Shown here: positions 23,561 through 35,413 of the stretch, in pieces
How positions within the stretch are numbered: the stretch's first letter is position 1
Layout of the letters: every line of letters begins with the position of its first letter
Assembly: GCA_002269645.1 (NCBI GenBank)
Contig: NIVC01001660.1
Location: forward strand, 124,001 to 188,000
DNA from: Macrostomum lignano
Lineage: Eukaryota
Direction: 5' to 3'
Length of the DNA: 64,000 nucleotides
Notes under the pieces: generated by a model
Seen by the model: only the letters and a program-made list of their open reading frames with translations
Told to the model about the DNA's origin: nothing
Databases searched by the model: none
Program-made: the position numbers and the translations under genes

Positions 23561-26500
23561 TCAGGCCTTGCTTGCACCGACAACAGAATCGTAGGAGGGC
23601 GGCGGAGCGGACGGCTCCGTGTGGTCGCTGCTGCTGGGCTCGAGAGGCGCGTCAACGGGGTATGGGGGAGATGACTCGCTAGATGCAGCCGGCGGCTGCT
23701 GCAGCAGCTCCTGACGTTCGCGCTGACGCTGACGCAGCTGCTCCTCCTGTTGCTGTTGCAGCTGGCGCTGCCGCAGTAGCATAGCCATCTGCTCCTGCGT
23801 TGCCGCTCCAACACCTGCCGCTCCCGCTGCTCCCGTTTCTTTGATTGGCCGCAATAGTGACAGATTAGAACCATGATGATCAGAACGCCACCGCCCAGAC
23901 AGAGCAGGGCTATAAGAGTTGTCTGCTTGCTATTTAAGGGTGAGCTATAGTAACCGGAACTATACCTGTAGGAACTGTAGGACCGGTAAGAGCTGTAGGA
24001 AGAGTATCTACCGCCGAAGCGACCACCTCTGGCTGCAGTATCTGTGAGTTGGGTGTGTAATTGACAACTTGAAAGGTTGAGATACATCAAATACTGTAGG
24101 CCTAGTTTGCAGAGGTTTTGAAGCATCTTATGCACACTAGAATTTTCTGGCTTGAGGATGTGCAGCCTACCTAACTGACAAACTGTGAGGTTTTCAAAAA
24201 ATACAGCCAAGTATAACAAATACTATCCAATAGAAAAAAACATTGCACAAGCACTAATAACACCTGATTTTTAAGGTAATTTTTGTGCTATATATTTCGT
24301 GTAAAGTCGAAGTCTTCAAGAATAAATTTTTTTAATCTGTTTATAGCATATAGCCTTTATATACTTTTCTAATCTTGTAAGTTTCGCTTTCACTTTTATG
24401 TTAAGATGAATGAAGCCAATGAGGAAGCTGCCCAGCATTTGCCACTATCAAAGATAGCTAGATTGCAAAGAGAGGCTTCTTGGAAACCAACTGATGAGCT
24501 CTTGGTAAGAATAGGAGATTTTGTTATTTGTTTTATATATGAATTTTACTATGCCTATTTTCTTTGAACTTGTTATGCCTATTTTTGTGAACATTGAAAT
24601 TTTATGACTTTTTCTTATTGTGTGTTGCTCACCTGTGCACTGCATTTTGTTCTTTAGCACCCAAAAGCACCTGTATTGACTATCTGATTTAGCATTTGTA
24701 CTAAATATGTTTTATGTTTTCTCTAATAGCATTTGTAATACTTGAATATGTTTTATTTTCTTTAATATGATAACTTCCAATTTATATGCTGAATGTATTA
24801 GGCCTACTATGTCTGTTGCGTATTCATAAATTTTTCACTGTAGCATTGCTTTCATTCAAAATTCATGATAAGAGAAGGAAAGCTGTAGAAGCGGTTATCA
24901 CTTTCTAGGAACTTTATTTCTAAAAACACACAAAAAATTATCTTTTTTGTTTTTCTCAATTCATTCAATATTCTCAAATATTCTATGTTTGTTATAAACA
25001 TACACAATCGAGGCAGTATAAATAAGAGCGAAGTTGGAGGTAGGAAGACCAACTTGTGCACTTGTGTAATACTTGTGTTCACTTGTTTGATAGAATATAA
25101 ACAAACTCAGTTCTCAGATTGTTGTTCATTTCTAAGAGTATTGTGAAGAAGGTTGAAAGTTACACCTGGGATTCATGCAAAGAGTAGTACTAAGAGTAAT
25201 CACTGTGACCCTCTAATCTCGGTAATGCCCAGACTGGAGAGAGAAAGTACATATACCAGTAAGACCGCTCAGGCCATATACTAAGAATGCTACCAGACCA
25301 CCTACTAAGAACGCTACCAGAACACTACAAGAATGCTACCCAGAAAAATATGAAATTCTAAGAAACAGTTAAAACATTAAGGCAAGATTAAGTGTCAACA
25401 GTAGAAATTTAATAGCCAGAAAGTAAGCCCTACAACAACTTTGGTGGTTTAACAGTGGGCTTTTGTATTGTACAGGAGAACCCCTAGCACAACTTTGGTA
25501 TCAGCGGTTGAGATTTCTAGAGAGAGCTCAAAGGCCTATTACAAAAGCTTTAAAATAATGGATTAAAAAAATAATAAATTAATGATATCTTGGTTAACTT
25601 TTTTCTCCTAATTTTATTCTAGACTGCAAGTCTTATCTGTACTATTGTCAATTGTAAACCCAAAGAAAGCCAAACAGGTGATTTTCACAATTTCTTTAAC
25701 TTTTTTTATTCCAATATAGATAATAAAGCTAACAAAATTGCAAGCTTGATTTTTAAAAAATGGCTCTTCTCCACAGCCCACAGGTTTACCTGGCAAAGTA
25801 AAAAGGACCAACAATGGATCATGGCTTCAACTAGTCTGGCAGTTTGCAGAGCACTACCAAAAATAGTTCTAAAGTCATCAACATCACAATGATTGACTTC
25901 CTATTCTTTGGAGGACAAGTTTGAGTGTATTGAAGAACTTTATCTTTTTTAAATGCCCTCTAAATTGTATATTCTTAATGCTCCTTTGTATGCATATGCA
26001 ACCCCACTGATTTACACTGGCCATGCGACTTACCTGTAAAAGACACCCTAAAGCAAAATTAATGCAATTTTGGATAAATGGCAGGAGTAACTATAACTGT
26101 CTTATAAGGGCTAAATGCCTTGTCATCTAATTAGTACTTCATCTGTATTCTTTGGGGGGGGGAGATTTTTGCAACTTACCCCTGGTCCACCACAATTTAC
26201 AGTGGCCAGATTGGCCAAGTCGGCCAGCAATTGGGTATGTATGCTCTTTTGTTACCTATTTTTTCATTTCTATATTGGCTGAAAAGAGGCCTTTTATTTC
26301 AACAAATTTTTATCCTATTGCCTTTGTGTATATATACAAAATTTAAGCTTAAAAAATACACTATATTGTATAATATTCATTCATTTTATACTTTTCAGTA
26401 CTCTATTTAGCTTTTCCTCAATGTAAACAACAATGCAAGTAAATTTACATATATCTAAATCATAATTTACTCTTAGTATTGTCAAATTACAGTGTGTTTA

Positions 26501-27698
26501 TAGAAATATCAGTAATCAATGTCCACTCATTGGCACTTCCTGTCCTTTCATTGATGCCTCTTATCTACTCATTAACACTTTGTGTCCACTTACCAACATT
26601 CTCAAAATCAAAAAAGTATATTATCTCTAGTGTTACAACTATCTTGTGCATAAGACTCTATACTCGAAGTCTTAAATGACAACTATATTAATCTTATGGT
26701 GTTACACATGCATCATACTTCTAGTGCTGCCACCTATCAATTGCAATGTGCTACAACATACAATATTGCTTTCTATTACACCACAATATGACACCACTTA
26801 CTTTCTAGAATCTGTGATAAAGCATCAGAAACTATTTAAAACATGACAGATGACCATCCACATTTTTAACTTATTCCAATTTGGATAAATATGATAAAAA
26901 GATTTTAAATATTAGGCCTAATATACAAAATAGGGTGAAATAGGCCCTAAACCTATTCAAGTTTTAATTATAAAGTCAAGTACTAATAAGGACTTTATTT
27001 ATTAGTTATTGATATTGTAGTCCTAGATTTAAAACTAAGGCCTAGGTATTAGAATTTTGTATTAGCTAGGCCTAGCTTACTAGCTAATTGTATTTTATGA
27101 TCATTGTTACAACTTATATTAGTTTAAAATACTCATTTTTACTAGGGCCTATTTTAGTATATAGCCAAGATAAACTCAAAATTTATTTTCATGGCAAGTT
27201 CCTACTTTGTGAAACAAAATAATTTTAAAGTTTTTATTTAACCTTCTCAAAACATAAAAAGTTTGGTACAATCTAGGCCTAATGCCATGGATAGCTAGAC
27301 CTAGATATTTATTAGAGATCTACTAGATCCTAATCCATTGAAGATCTACCTTTATCTATCAGTGATCTATTCTGATCTGTCCTAAAAATAGATCAGGAAG
27401 TTTTTATACAAGAAAAAGAAAAATAATTTAATGCCACAAATGAAGAGATTGCCATTGCCATTAGGCATAATTATATATATAAAATTCTATCTTTACTTAT
27501 ACTAATGGTTTCATCACTTCAATTTTAATTCTTGGCTCAATATTTACTTTAAATTTTGATCCCAATCAACCTACCGCAAAAAATCAATGGGGAATAAAAA
27601 ACTAAAAATTGAAAAGTAAAGACAAAAAACTTACCATCAAATAAATACACAGATATTAGTAGACATATAGTACAGAGGCTTGCAACTTTCCCATACAT
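23561..27698 (-). CDS. Two-exon single-pass membrane protein, about 181 aa: signal peptide, G/R/S/Y-rich ectodomain, TM, Gln/Arg-rich tail, PPSY motif; one 1-bp frameshift
   Basis: Exon 1 27698-27635 encodes MYGKVASLCTICLLISVYLFD then G|GTAAG; exon 2 starts CAG|AT at 24041 (phase matches) and continues TAARGGRFGGRY...LIALLCLGGGVLIIMVLICHYC; frame switch near 23798 into EQMAMLLRQ...PPPSYDSVVGASKA*. Confidence 0.7.
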
Positions 27699-28202
27699 AA
27701 CTATAAGCTGTAGCCTGTAGGCTGTAGATATAGACTTGACCTTAAAATGAATCCAGATTCAATATTCGCTTTTCAGTAATGCAAGTTTGTTGGGTGTAAG
27801 TGTAAGGTCAAGTCAAGGGTGCTGGCCTTACTATTTTTAGCGTTGGGATATAATCGTTCTTTACCAACTAACTAGAAAAAACCAAAGCAGAATGCAAGGC
27901 ACTGTAGTAAAAAACGAAATAAAATCTAGGATAATGAAAAGGAACATGAATCAATTATTAAAGGTAGGCAAGTAATAACCACACCCGACGCACCAGTGTT
28001 TGTGAAAAAAATGTTCGTTCTTTTCTATGAAAACAGACATTCAAAATTGTGGTCTAACAAAAATATATTATTTTTTCTAACTTTGGAGTTTCATCAGAAT
28101 CTTTATATTCAGAATGTGCCTAAAAGGGGGTTGTAGCCTAAAGGGGGTTGTAGCCTAAAAGGCGTAGCCTAACCAGAGGAGATGTAGCCATAGCTTAAGG
28201 GC

Positions 28203-28510
28203 CGGTTGTATATAGCGTAGTGGTTTTAGAGCGTTGGACTCACGACCAGAGGTTCGCTTCTCGACCAAATCGGAACAATTTATTGCAAGACACTTAGCTC
28301 TGCATTGCGTCTGCCCAGCCCAGCCGAGCATTAGCTGGGGTAAGGGGTAAATTGATCAGAGTGGTGAACCCCCCGTCCTTTGGACTGAACAGCTATATTA
28401 TAGCCGTACGCACTACGCAGCCTTCAGAATGCGCCGCGCAATAATAGCTGCAGCTGAGCTGTCGGCTGCACCTCTGGCCCAATTGGGGCAGCTGTTAATC
28501 ATTGTTATTG
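28203..28510 (+). mobile_element. Diverged copy of the tRNA-derived SINE
   Basis: Shares the tRNA head and the GCCGTACGCAGCCTTCAGA...GCTGAGCTGTCGG body with 22931-23240. Confidence 0.75.
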
Positions 28511-30134
28511 TATGACATGATAGGTATATAATTTATGATGCGTGAGAGTACTCTCCCGATTCTGTGTGGGCAATGTCTGTAAAATTTCAAAGTGCATTTT
28601 TTTAACTATTTGTATGTTTGTGCCATTTCAATTGTCCATTTGATCCCTTGTCTTTTAAGGAAGCCAGTTATTAGTGGGACAAAAAAATAACTTGAAATAA
28701 ACTAACACTAGAAGCTAAATTTAGCAACAGCTGGCTATAGCTGGCGGATTTAAACGGTCGACATGTAAAATCGGATCAAGAGCGAAAGGAGAGATAATTA
28801 AAAGACAGAGAAGTTAGAGTGACCGAGGCGAGGCAGTTTGCATTTAGAAATAACGTACGTGTGTCTAAAATATCAATCGTGCAACGTGCAAGCATTACGA
28901 ACGGTTCTACATATATACACACAACAAACAAAAATTAAAACGGCCCAATTGAGGGCCAACACACGCAAAATACAGAGAAAATAGGAATTAATACGATCAT
29001 TGTCAATTTATGTGGATAAATCTGACACCTCTGATCGAATCCTTCTGTGAATGCCGCTGCATGCATCCACACTGATTCTCATTGCTCAGCCGAGATACTG
29101 CACTACTGTACCGTTAAACGAGTTTTCTACATGCATGTCTATCCGATTTTACACACAACTATATACATGTAGGTAAGCGTTAAACGTGTTAAATAGCAAC
29201 ACGAGGTTTTTTAAATAAGAATTTTAAGTTTCATGGAGTCATTATTTAGCAGTCTTCCATTAAAAGACCATATCATGGGAGCTGCCCCCTGCTGCACGCT
29301 CGCTGCACCACTCTCACTGACACTTTTCTCTCTTAGAAGTCCCATCCCAATCTTCGCTAGCATTTTTAAACTGGAAATCAATTGCTTCGGCTATACATTA
29401 CGAGCCAAATTTTATGCAAAAACTTTATCTTCAAAATTTCTTTGCCAGTTTTTATCTTCCTCTCTGCGATTCTTTTGAAAGCGTACAGTGCAGTGCATAA
29501 ATTGATGGCTGTTCCGTCGAAAGTTTTTGTGGTACGCGCGTTTTGCTGTTAAAATCGATCAAACTATAATAATTTTTTGCTCAAGAGGTATACATTATTT
29601 TATTATTATACAATAATTTATATTTAAATGCATTTAGTATACATGTACAATTGTAGAATTCATTTGCATGTTTTTCAATTCAATAAATTGTTGCTTTTTT
29701 CAACCTGCATCATGGCATGACATACTACACTACTTTTTTCAGTATAGTAGTAACTGCGGAGAAGAGCGGTGAATCCTATTGTCTGACACAAAAGTCATTT
29801 GTGCGCAAAATGCAGACAGAGACTGCATTCTATCACTCAGCAGATTTCAGACGGTATATTATATGTACACTTGCTGTTCATATGTAAACTGATAAACATA
29901 TTTACGCGCACAACGCCTTAGGTCTACAAAATAATTCTCTAGGAGGGTGTCAGGGACTGTACTGTACATGTAGAAGCTTCTCCTGTCGTCTTTGTTCTTA
30001 TCTTCGTCCTTCAGGGTCTCTAGGAAGATGTCAGGATCTCTAGGATGGTTCCCAATGTCAGGTTTTCAATGATCCCCAATTTAATGTCCTAAGGTACTTG
30101 TATCCTGCTGTTCATCACAAAAGGGTAGGCTACT

Positions 30135-30441
30135 ATAATAATAAAATTGATTAGGCCTGTCCCTTTGGGGAAAATGTGCAACCGACAGCTCAGCCGCAGC
30201 TATTGCGCGGCGCATCTGAAGGCTGCGTACGGCTGTTCAGTCCAAGGACTGGGGGGTCGCCACAGACACCCTCAATTACCCCAGCTAATGCTGGCACCCA
30301 TTTTAAATGATCTGGATCAACTGAAGCAATTAAGACTTAAGTGTCTTGTTCAAGGATAAAAATTGCTCCGAGATGGTCGAGAGTCGAACCGCTGATCTTT
30401 CAGTCGTGAGTCTGATGCTCTAACCAATTGACTACAACCCC
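30135..30441 (-). mobile_element. tRNA-derived SINE copy
   Basis: Reverse-complement match to 22931-23240. Confidence 0.8.
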
Positions 30442-30609
30442 TAGCGATGGAGTCTCTAATGAAGGCCTAAGATGCCTGAACGACATTTACCAATAGACTG
30501 TAACCGCGGTGACAGAAAACATCGGCAGGTTACATGCAAGGCTACGTGTGCATGCTATACGCGCTATATTGTACTTTTGACTGAGGCGTCCTCTCGCTGA
30601 GTTCGTTCT

Positions 30610-30897
30610 TCACTCGCCGAACGTCATGCCGACAGTCTCTGAATGACATCCGGGAAACAGCGCCTGGTCCAGGTCCATGGCCACGGCGGTGGCCTCCTCG
30701 TCCTTCAATGCTTCGGCCCTGGAGAACAGGCTGCGGGCCATCAGGCCGGCGGCCAGGACGCAGAGGGTGCCCAGGCTGGCCACCAGGATGAAGGTGGAGC
30801 GCGGATTCGGCCGCTGCACATCGTGGGACTCCTCGTCGAATGCGTCCTTCACTACCTTGTCGACTCCGCTGGTGACATTGGTTAGAAATGGCAGCAT
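30610..30897 (-). CDS. GC-rich exon-like ORF with one hydrophobic helix; unknown membrane protein, probably partial
   Basis: GC-rich coding-like composition, NVT sequon, TM-like FILVASLGTLCVLAAGLM, plausible acceptor just upstream; no family recognised. Confidence 0.35.
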   Translation of the reverse strand: MLPFLTNVTSGVDKVVKDAFDEESHDVQRPNPRSTFILVASLGTLCVLAAGLMARSLFSRAEALKDEEATAVAMDLDQALFPGCHSETVGMTFGE

Positions 30898-31094
30898 TTC
30901 TTTGGCGAATAATTAGCGTACATGTACTCGCGAATTTCATGTGTTTCCAACAAGCTTTGGGTTGAGTTAGCCCTGCTCCAGTGCAAGGGAAGCTGTTTAA
31001 TAATATTGCTGCCTTCACTGATTCTATCCAATGAGCAGCGAGATCCACAGTGATAGCCGAGGCTTTGGGTATGAGCGACAGTTTTTTTGAGGGG

Positions 31095-31690
31095 CCACCA
31101 CTGCTGACTGATAAGAGACCGCCACAGCTGACTGATAAGGGGGCGCCACAGCTGACTGATAAGGGGGCGCCACAGCTGACTGATAAGGGGGCGCCAAAGC
31201 TGAATGATAAGAGGGCGCCACAGCTGACTGATAAGAGGGCGCCACAGCTGACTGATAAGAGGGCGCCACAGCTGACTGATAAGAGGGCGCCACAGCTGAC
31301 TGATAAGAGGGCGCCACAGCTGACTGATAAGAGGGCGCCACAGCTGACTGATAAGGGGGCGCCAAAGCTGACTGATAAGAGGGCACCACAGCTGACTGAT
31401 AAGAGGGCGCCACAGCTGACTGATAAGGGGGCGCCAAAGCTGACTGATAAGAGGGCGCCACAGCTGACTGATAAGAGGGCGCCAATGCTGACTGATGAGG
31501 GGGCGCCACAGCTGACTGATAAGAGGGCGCCACAGCTGACTGATAAGGGGCGCCAATGCTTATTGATGAGGGGGCGCCACAGCTGACTGATAAGAGGGCG
31601 CCAATGCTGACTGATAAGGGGGCGCCACAGCTGACTGATAAGGGGCGCCAATGCTGACTGATGAGGGGGCGCCACAGCTGACTGATAATA
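31095..31690. repeat. 24-bp minisatellite (CAGCTGACTGATAAGAGGGCGCCA)
   Basis: Directly visible; 8-aa periodicity in all ORF frames. Confidence 0.95.
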
Positions 31691-32269
31691 TGTAACTACA
31701 TACATTTGCATAGAAAGCTAGCTACAGCATACACGTTGCATTATGCACGTGCAGCAGAAGAGTCGCGCAAACTGCGCTGTCTCGAATTGAATGATTGAAT
31801 TTTTACCAGAAAGATCACTCACCGCAGATTTTATACTTGGTGCACACAGCTATCAAGAATTGCGCCAGATGTATGATGAATGATTTTTAATAAGTTCTGG
31901 CCAAAACTTATAACCCTATGAGGAAACTTTGAACTTGGAGCATACATTGTACATGTGTGTAAAACGTGTCTCTGGGTGGCAGATGATTGAAGCGAAAGTC
32001 AGCATGCACACAGAGAACTGCTGTTCTCCATGAAGAAATTGAGACCATCATGATGGGCCACAACTGCAAATTCTTGAAGTTTGTAAGTCTAGATATCAAT
32101 CTAGTACTGCTCCTACGTTTAATAAAAAATCTCTATTGTATCTCCATAGCTGGAACAGGAACAGACCGCTCCCCTGCCCGGCGCCGTCTCATGCTTGCGT
32201 TTGTGACAACCACGGCCGCTAAAGTCTCAGACGGGACGGGCGAGCATGCTTGATTGCATGTCCTCGGCC

Positions 32270-32592
32270 TCCATCTGACACTTATGCTTGAAGTCCATCT
32301 GACACTCATGCTTGAAGTCCATCTGACACTCATGCTTGAAGTCCATCTGACAGTCATGCTTGAAGTCCATCTGACAGTCATGCTTGAAGTCCATCTGACA
32401 GTCATGCTTGAAGTCCATCTGACAGTCATGCTTGAAGTCCATCTGACAGTCATGCTTGAAGTCCATCTGACAGTCATGCTTGAAGTCCATCTGACAGTCA
32501 TGCTTGAAGTCCATCTGACAGTCATGCTTGAAGTCCATCTGACACTCATGCTTGAAGTCCATCTGACACTCATGCTTGAAGTCCATCTGACA
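32270..32592. repeat. 24-bp minisatellite (CATCTGACAGTCATGCTTGAAGTC)
   Basis: Directly visible. Confidence 0.95.
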
Positions 32593-33179
32593 CAGCGGAT
32601 CATTAGTAGGTTGTGTCCATAGAAATCATTTTAAAAAATCCCTGCTTTATTAAAGAAACTCGTTTAGCGAGACGAACACAGAGCTCCATTGCACAGAAAC
32701 TAAATCCAAGTGAATGGTTCTAACGCACCAATCAATACAAAGCCACTATTACTAATGAATTAAATTCACAAAATGCTGCAATTTTCACACAATGGATAGT
32801 TAGACAGACATCCATAACAAGTAAGTACTACAATGTGGCTACATGTAAACCATGCACCCCCTGCACTTGCAACCTTATCTGGCACCCCCCGCACCGTATC
32901 GAGTGACCAATTATCACAACTGCTAGAAAGGAAAATCAAAAGCAGTCAATAAAAACTGACAGAGTGAAGAGTGAGAAACTGACAGAGGGCAGAGTGAAGG
33001 GAGAAAGTTCCTTTTTAAAAAGAGTTCCTTTTTAAAAAGATATTACAATAATTTATACTACTTAAGAAACTAGTAGTAGTGCCTAGTGTTTTATATTGAA
33101 TATACCTGCCATAATTATTATATGTAAGTATAGTCCTGGCTGAAAGACTTCATCGCTAACTAGTGGATGGAATGAATGC

Positions 33180-34140
33180 AAGGGGCAGAGTGAAGGGAGA
33201 AGGGGGTAGAGTGAAGGGAGAAGGGGGTAGAGTGAAGGGAGAAGGGGGCAGAGTGAAGGGAGAAGGGGGTAGAGTGAAGGGAGAAGGGGGTAGAGTGAAG
33301 GGAGAAGGGGGTAGAGTGAAGGAAGAAGGGGGCAGATTGAAGGGAGAAAGGGGTAGAGTGAAGGGAGAAGGGGGTAGAGTGAAGGGAGAAGGGGGTAGAG
33401 TGAAGGGAGAAGGGGGTAGAGTGAAGGGAGAAGGGGGTAGAGTGAAGGGAGAAGGGGGTAGAGTGAAGGAAGAAGGGGGCAGATTGAAGGGAGAAAGGGG
33501 TAGAGTGAAGGGAGAAGGGGGTAGAGTGAAGGGAGAAGGGGGTAGAGTGAAGGGAGAAGGGGGTAGAGTGAAGGGAGAAGGGGGTAGAGTGAAGGAAGAA
33601 GGGGGCAGATTGAAGGGAGAAAGGGGTAGAGTGAAGGGAGAAGGGGGTAGAGTGAAGGGAGAAGGGGGTAGAGTGAAGGGAGAAGGGGGTAGAGTGAAGG
33701 AAGAAGGGGGCAGAGTGAAGGGAGAAGGGGGCAGATTGAAGGGAGAAGGGGGCAGATTGAAGGGAGAAGGGGGCAGATTGAAGGGAGAAGGGGGCAGAGT
33801 GAAGGGAGAAGGGGGCAGATTGAAGGGAGAAGGGGGCAGAGTGAAGGGAGAAGGGGGCAGAGTGAAGGGAGAAGGGGGCAGAGTGAAGGGAGAAGGGGGC
33901 AGAGTGAAGGGAGAAGGGGCAGATTGAAGGGAGAAGGGGGCAGATTGAAGGGAGAAGGGGGCAGATTGAAGGGAGAAGGGGGCAGAGTGAAGGGAGAAGG
34001 GGGCAGAGTGAAGGGAGAAGGGGGCAGATTGAAGGGAGAAGGGGGCAGAGTGAAGGGAGAAGGGGGCAGAGTGAAGGGAGAAGGGGGCAGAGTGAAGGGA
34101 GAAGGGGGCAGATTGAAGGGAGAAGGGGGCAGAGTGAAAG
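33180..34140. repeat. 21-bp purine-rich minisatellite (GGGCAGAGTGAAGGGAGAAGG)
   Basis: Directly visible; extreme G/A strand bias. Confidence 0.95.
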
Positions 34141-34247
34141 GACTCTCTAGGGGAGAGATGAGAGATCAGTTGATAGATGACAGGGAGAGAAAGATGAGAG
34201 AATATGAAAGGAGAGAGGAAAGAAAATGAGAGGGGAGAAGAGAGCTA

Positions 34248-34640
34248 CAGGGGCGTCGAATGCCACCAGGGATGGGCAGGGGGACATGTGGTTTCCCCTA
34301 GTAAAAGCTATGGGGGGACACTCCAATACTTTGTCCTTCGCCCAACAGCTCTGGCACCTTGTGACCCGTTATGGAAATCAATAATTTTGCTTTAGGGCGC
34401 CAAAGTGAGTGCCTGTCTGCAGCGCCAAAATGAGTAACTGACCACGGCGCTAAATGAGTGACTGACTGCGGCGCCAAAATGAGTGACTGACTGCGGCGCA
34501 AAAATGAGTGCCTGTCTGCGGCGCAATGAGTGCCTGCGGCGCTATGAGTGCCTGTGGCGCCAAAATGAGTGCCTGTGGCGCCAAAATGAGTGCCTGTGGC
34601 GCCAAAATGAGTGCCCGTGGCGCCAAAATGAGTGCCCACC
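34248..34640 (+). mobile_element. hAT-like terminal segment (CAGGGGCG...) followed by a 21-bp minisatellite (GGCGCCAAAATGAGTGCCTGT)
   Basis: About 150-bp segment and repeat unit both resemble the reverse complement of 57395-58279; second end not found. Confidence 0.5.
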
Positions 34641-35413
34641 ACAGAACAAAAATTGTTATTGCTTCTGATGGAAGGCAGACCCAGTGTTTACCTTTTGATA
34701 CGCATCTAAACAGAAAATTTTCATGCTGTTTGCTTTTTCAAAGCAAATGAGATCAAAGCAATACACTGATTCCTCATAAACTGCAATTCTCAAAACACAA
34801 GGGAAGTTACATACTTATTATTTGAACACAAGGCTTCAACATTAGAGCCAAAATCATTGCATTTTGTATTTAGATTAGAATAACTTCCACGAAACTCGCC
34901 CTTTCACACAGATGACAAAAATTAAAATTTACACAACGAATATAAATTTGACGTTGATTAAATTAACACGATAAGATAGAGGTGGTTTATAATAAAAGCC
35001 AGCCTAACCTTGCTTTGATATTTTTACTATGAATTCTTACTAAAAGTTGAATAACATATAGGACTACGCTAAATATTAATTAGAAAACTACACACTATAA
35101 AAAGATACATAACATACTACTACGGATCAGTAGTACCAACTGTTTAGACTGGTGGTCTTTGCACGAATTTATATTGAAACGAGAGTCGGAGTTCGAACTG
35201 CGAAGTTGAGTTGGTTACGATGGCGACAGGAGGCCAGGAAACATCCGGCAGTTAAAACGTGATGTAAAACAGCTTAGGACAGTGCAGACTTACAGCTACA
35301 AACCCACGAGGGACAGACAACAGTCAGCAAGCTATTCGGAATAATGGGGCCACAACAAACAGCGTCAAACTGCGGGTTTTTTTATTGTAATTCCATTCTC
35401 CATCAAGCCAGCC

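Noticed and set aside
28745-29190. Possible MITE from AAAATCGGAT/ATCCGATTTT inverted match
   Set aside because: The match is too short, and no termini or TSD could be defined
30542-34229. Long ORFs (389, 224, 178, 254 aa and others) with periodic peptides
   Set aside because: They are translations of stop-free 24- and 21-bp tandem repeats, open in several frames on both strands
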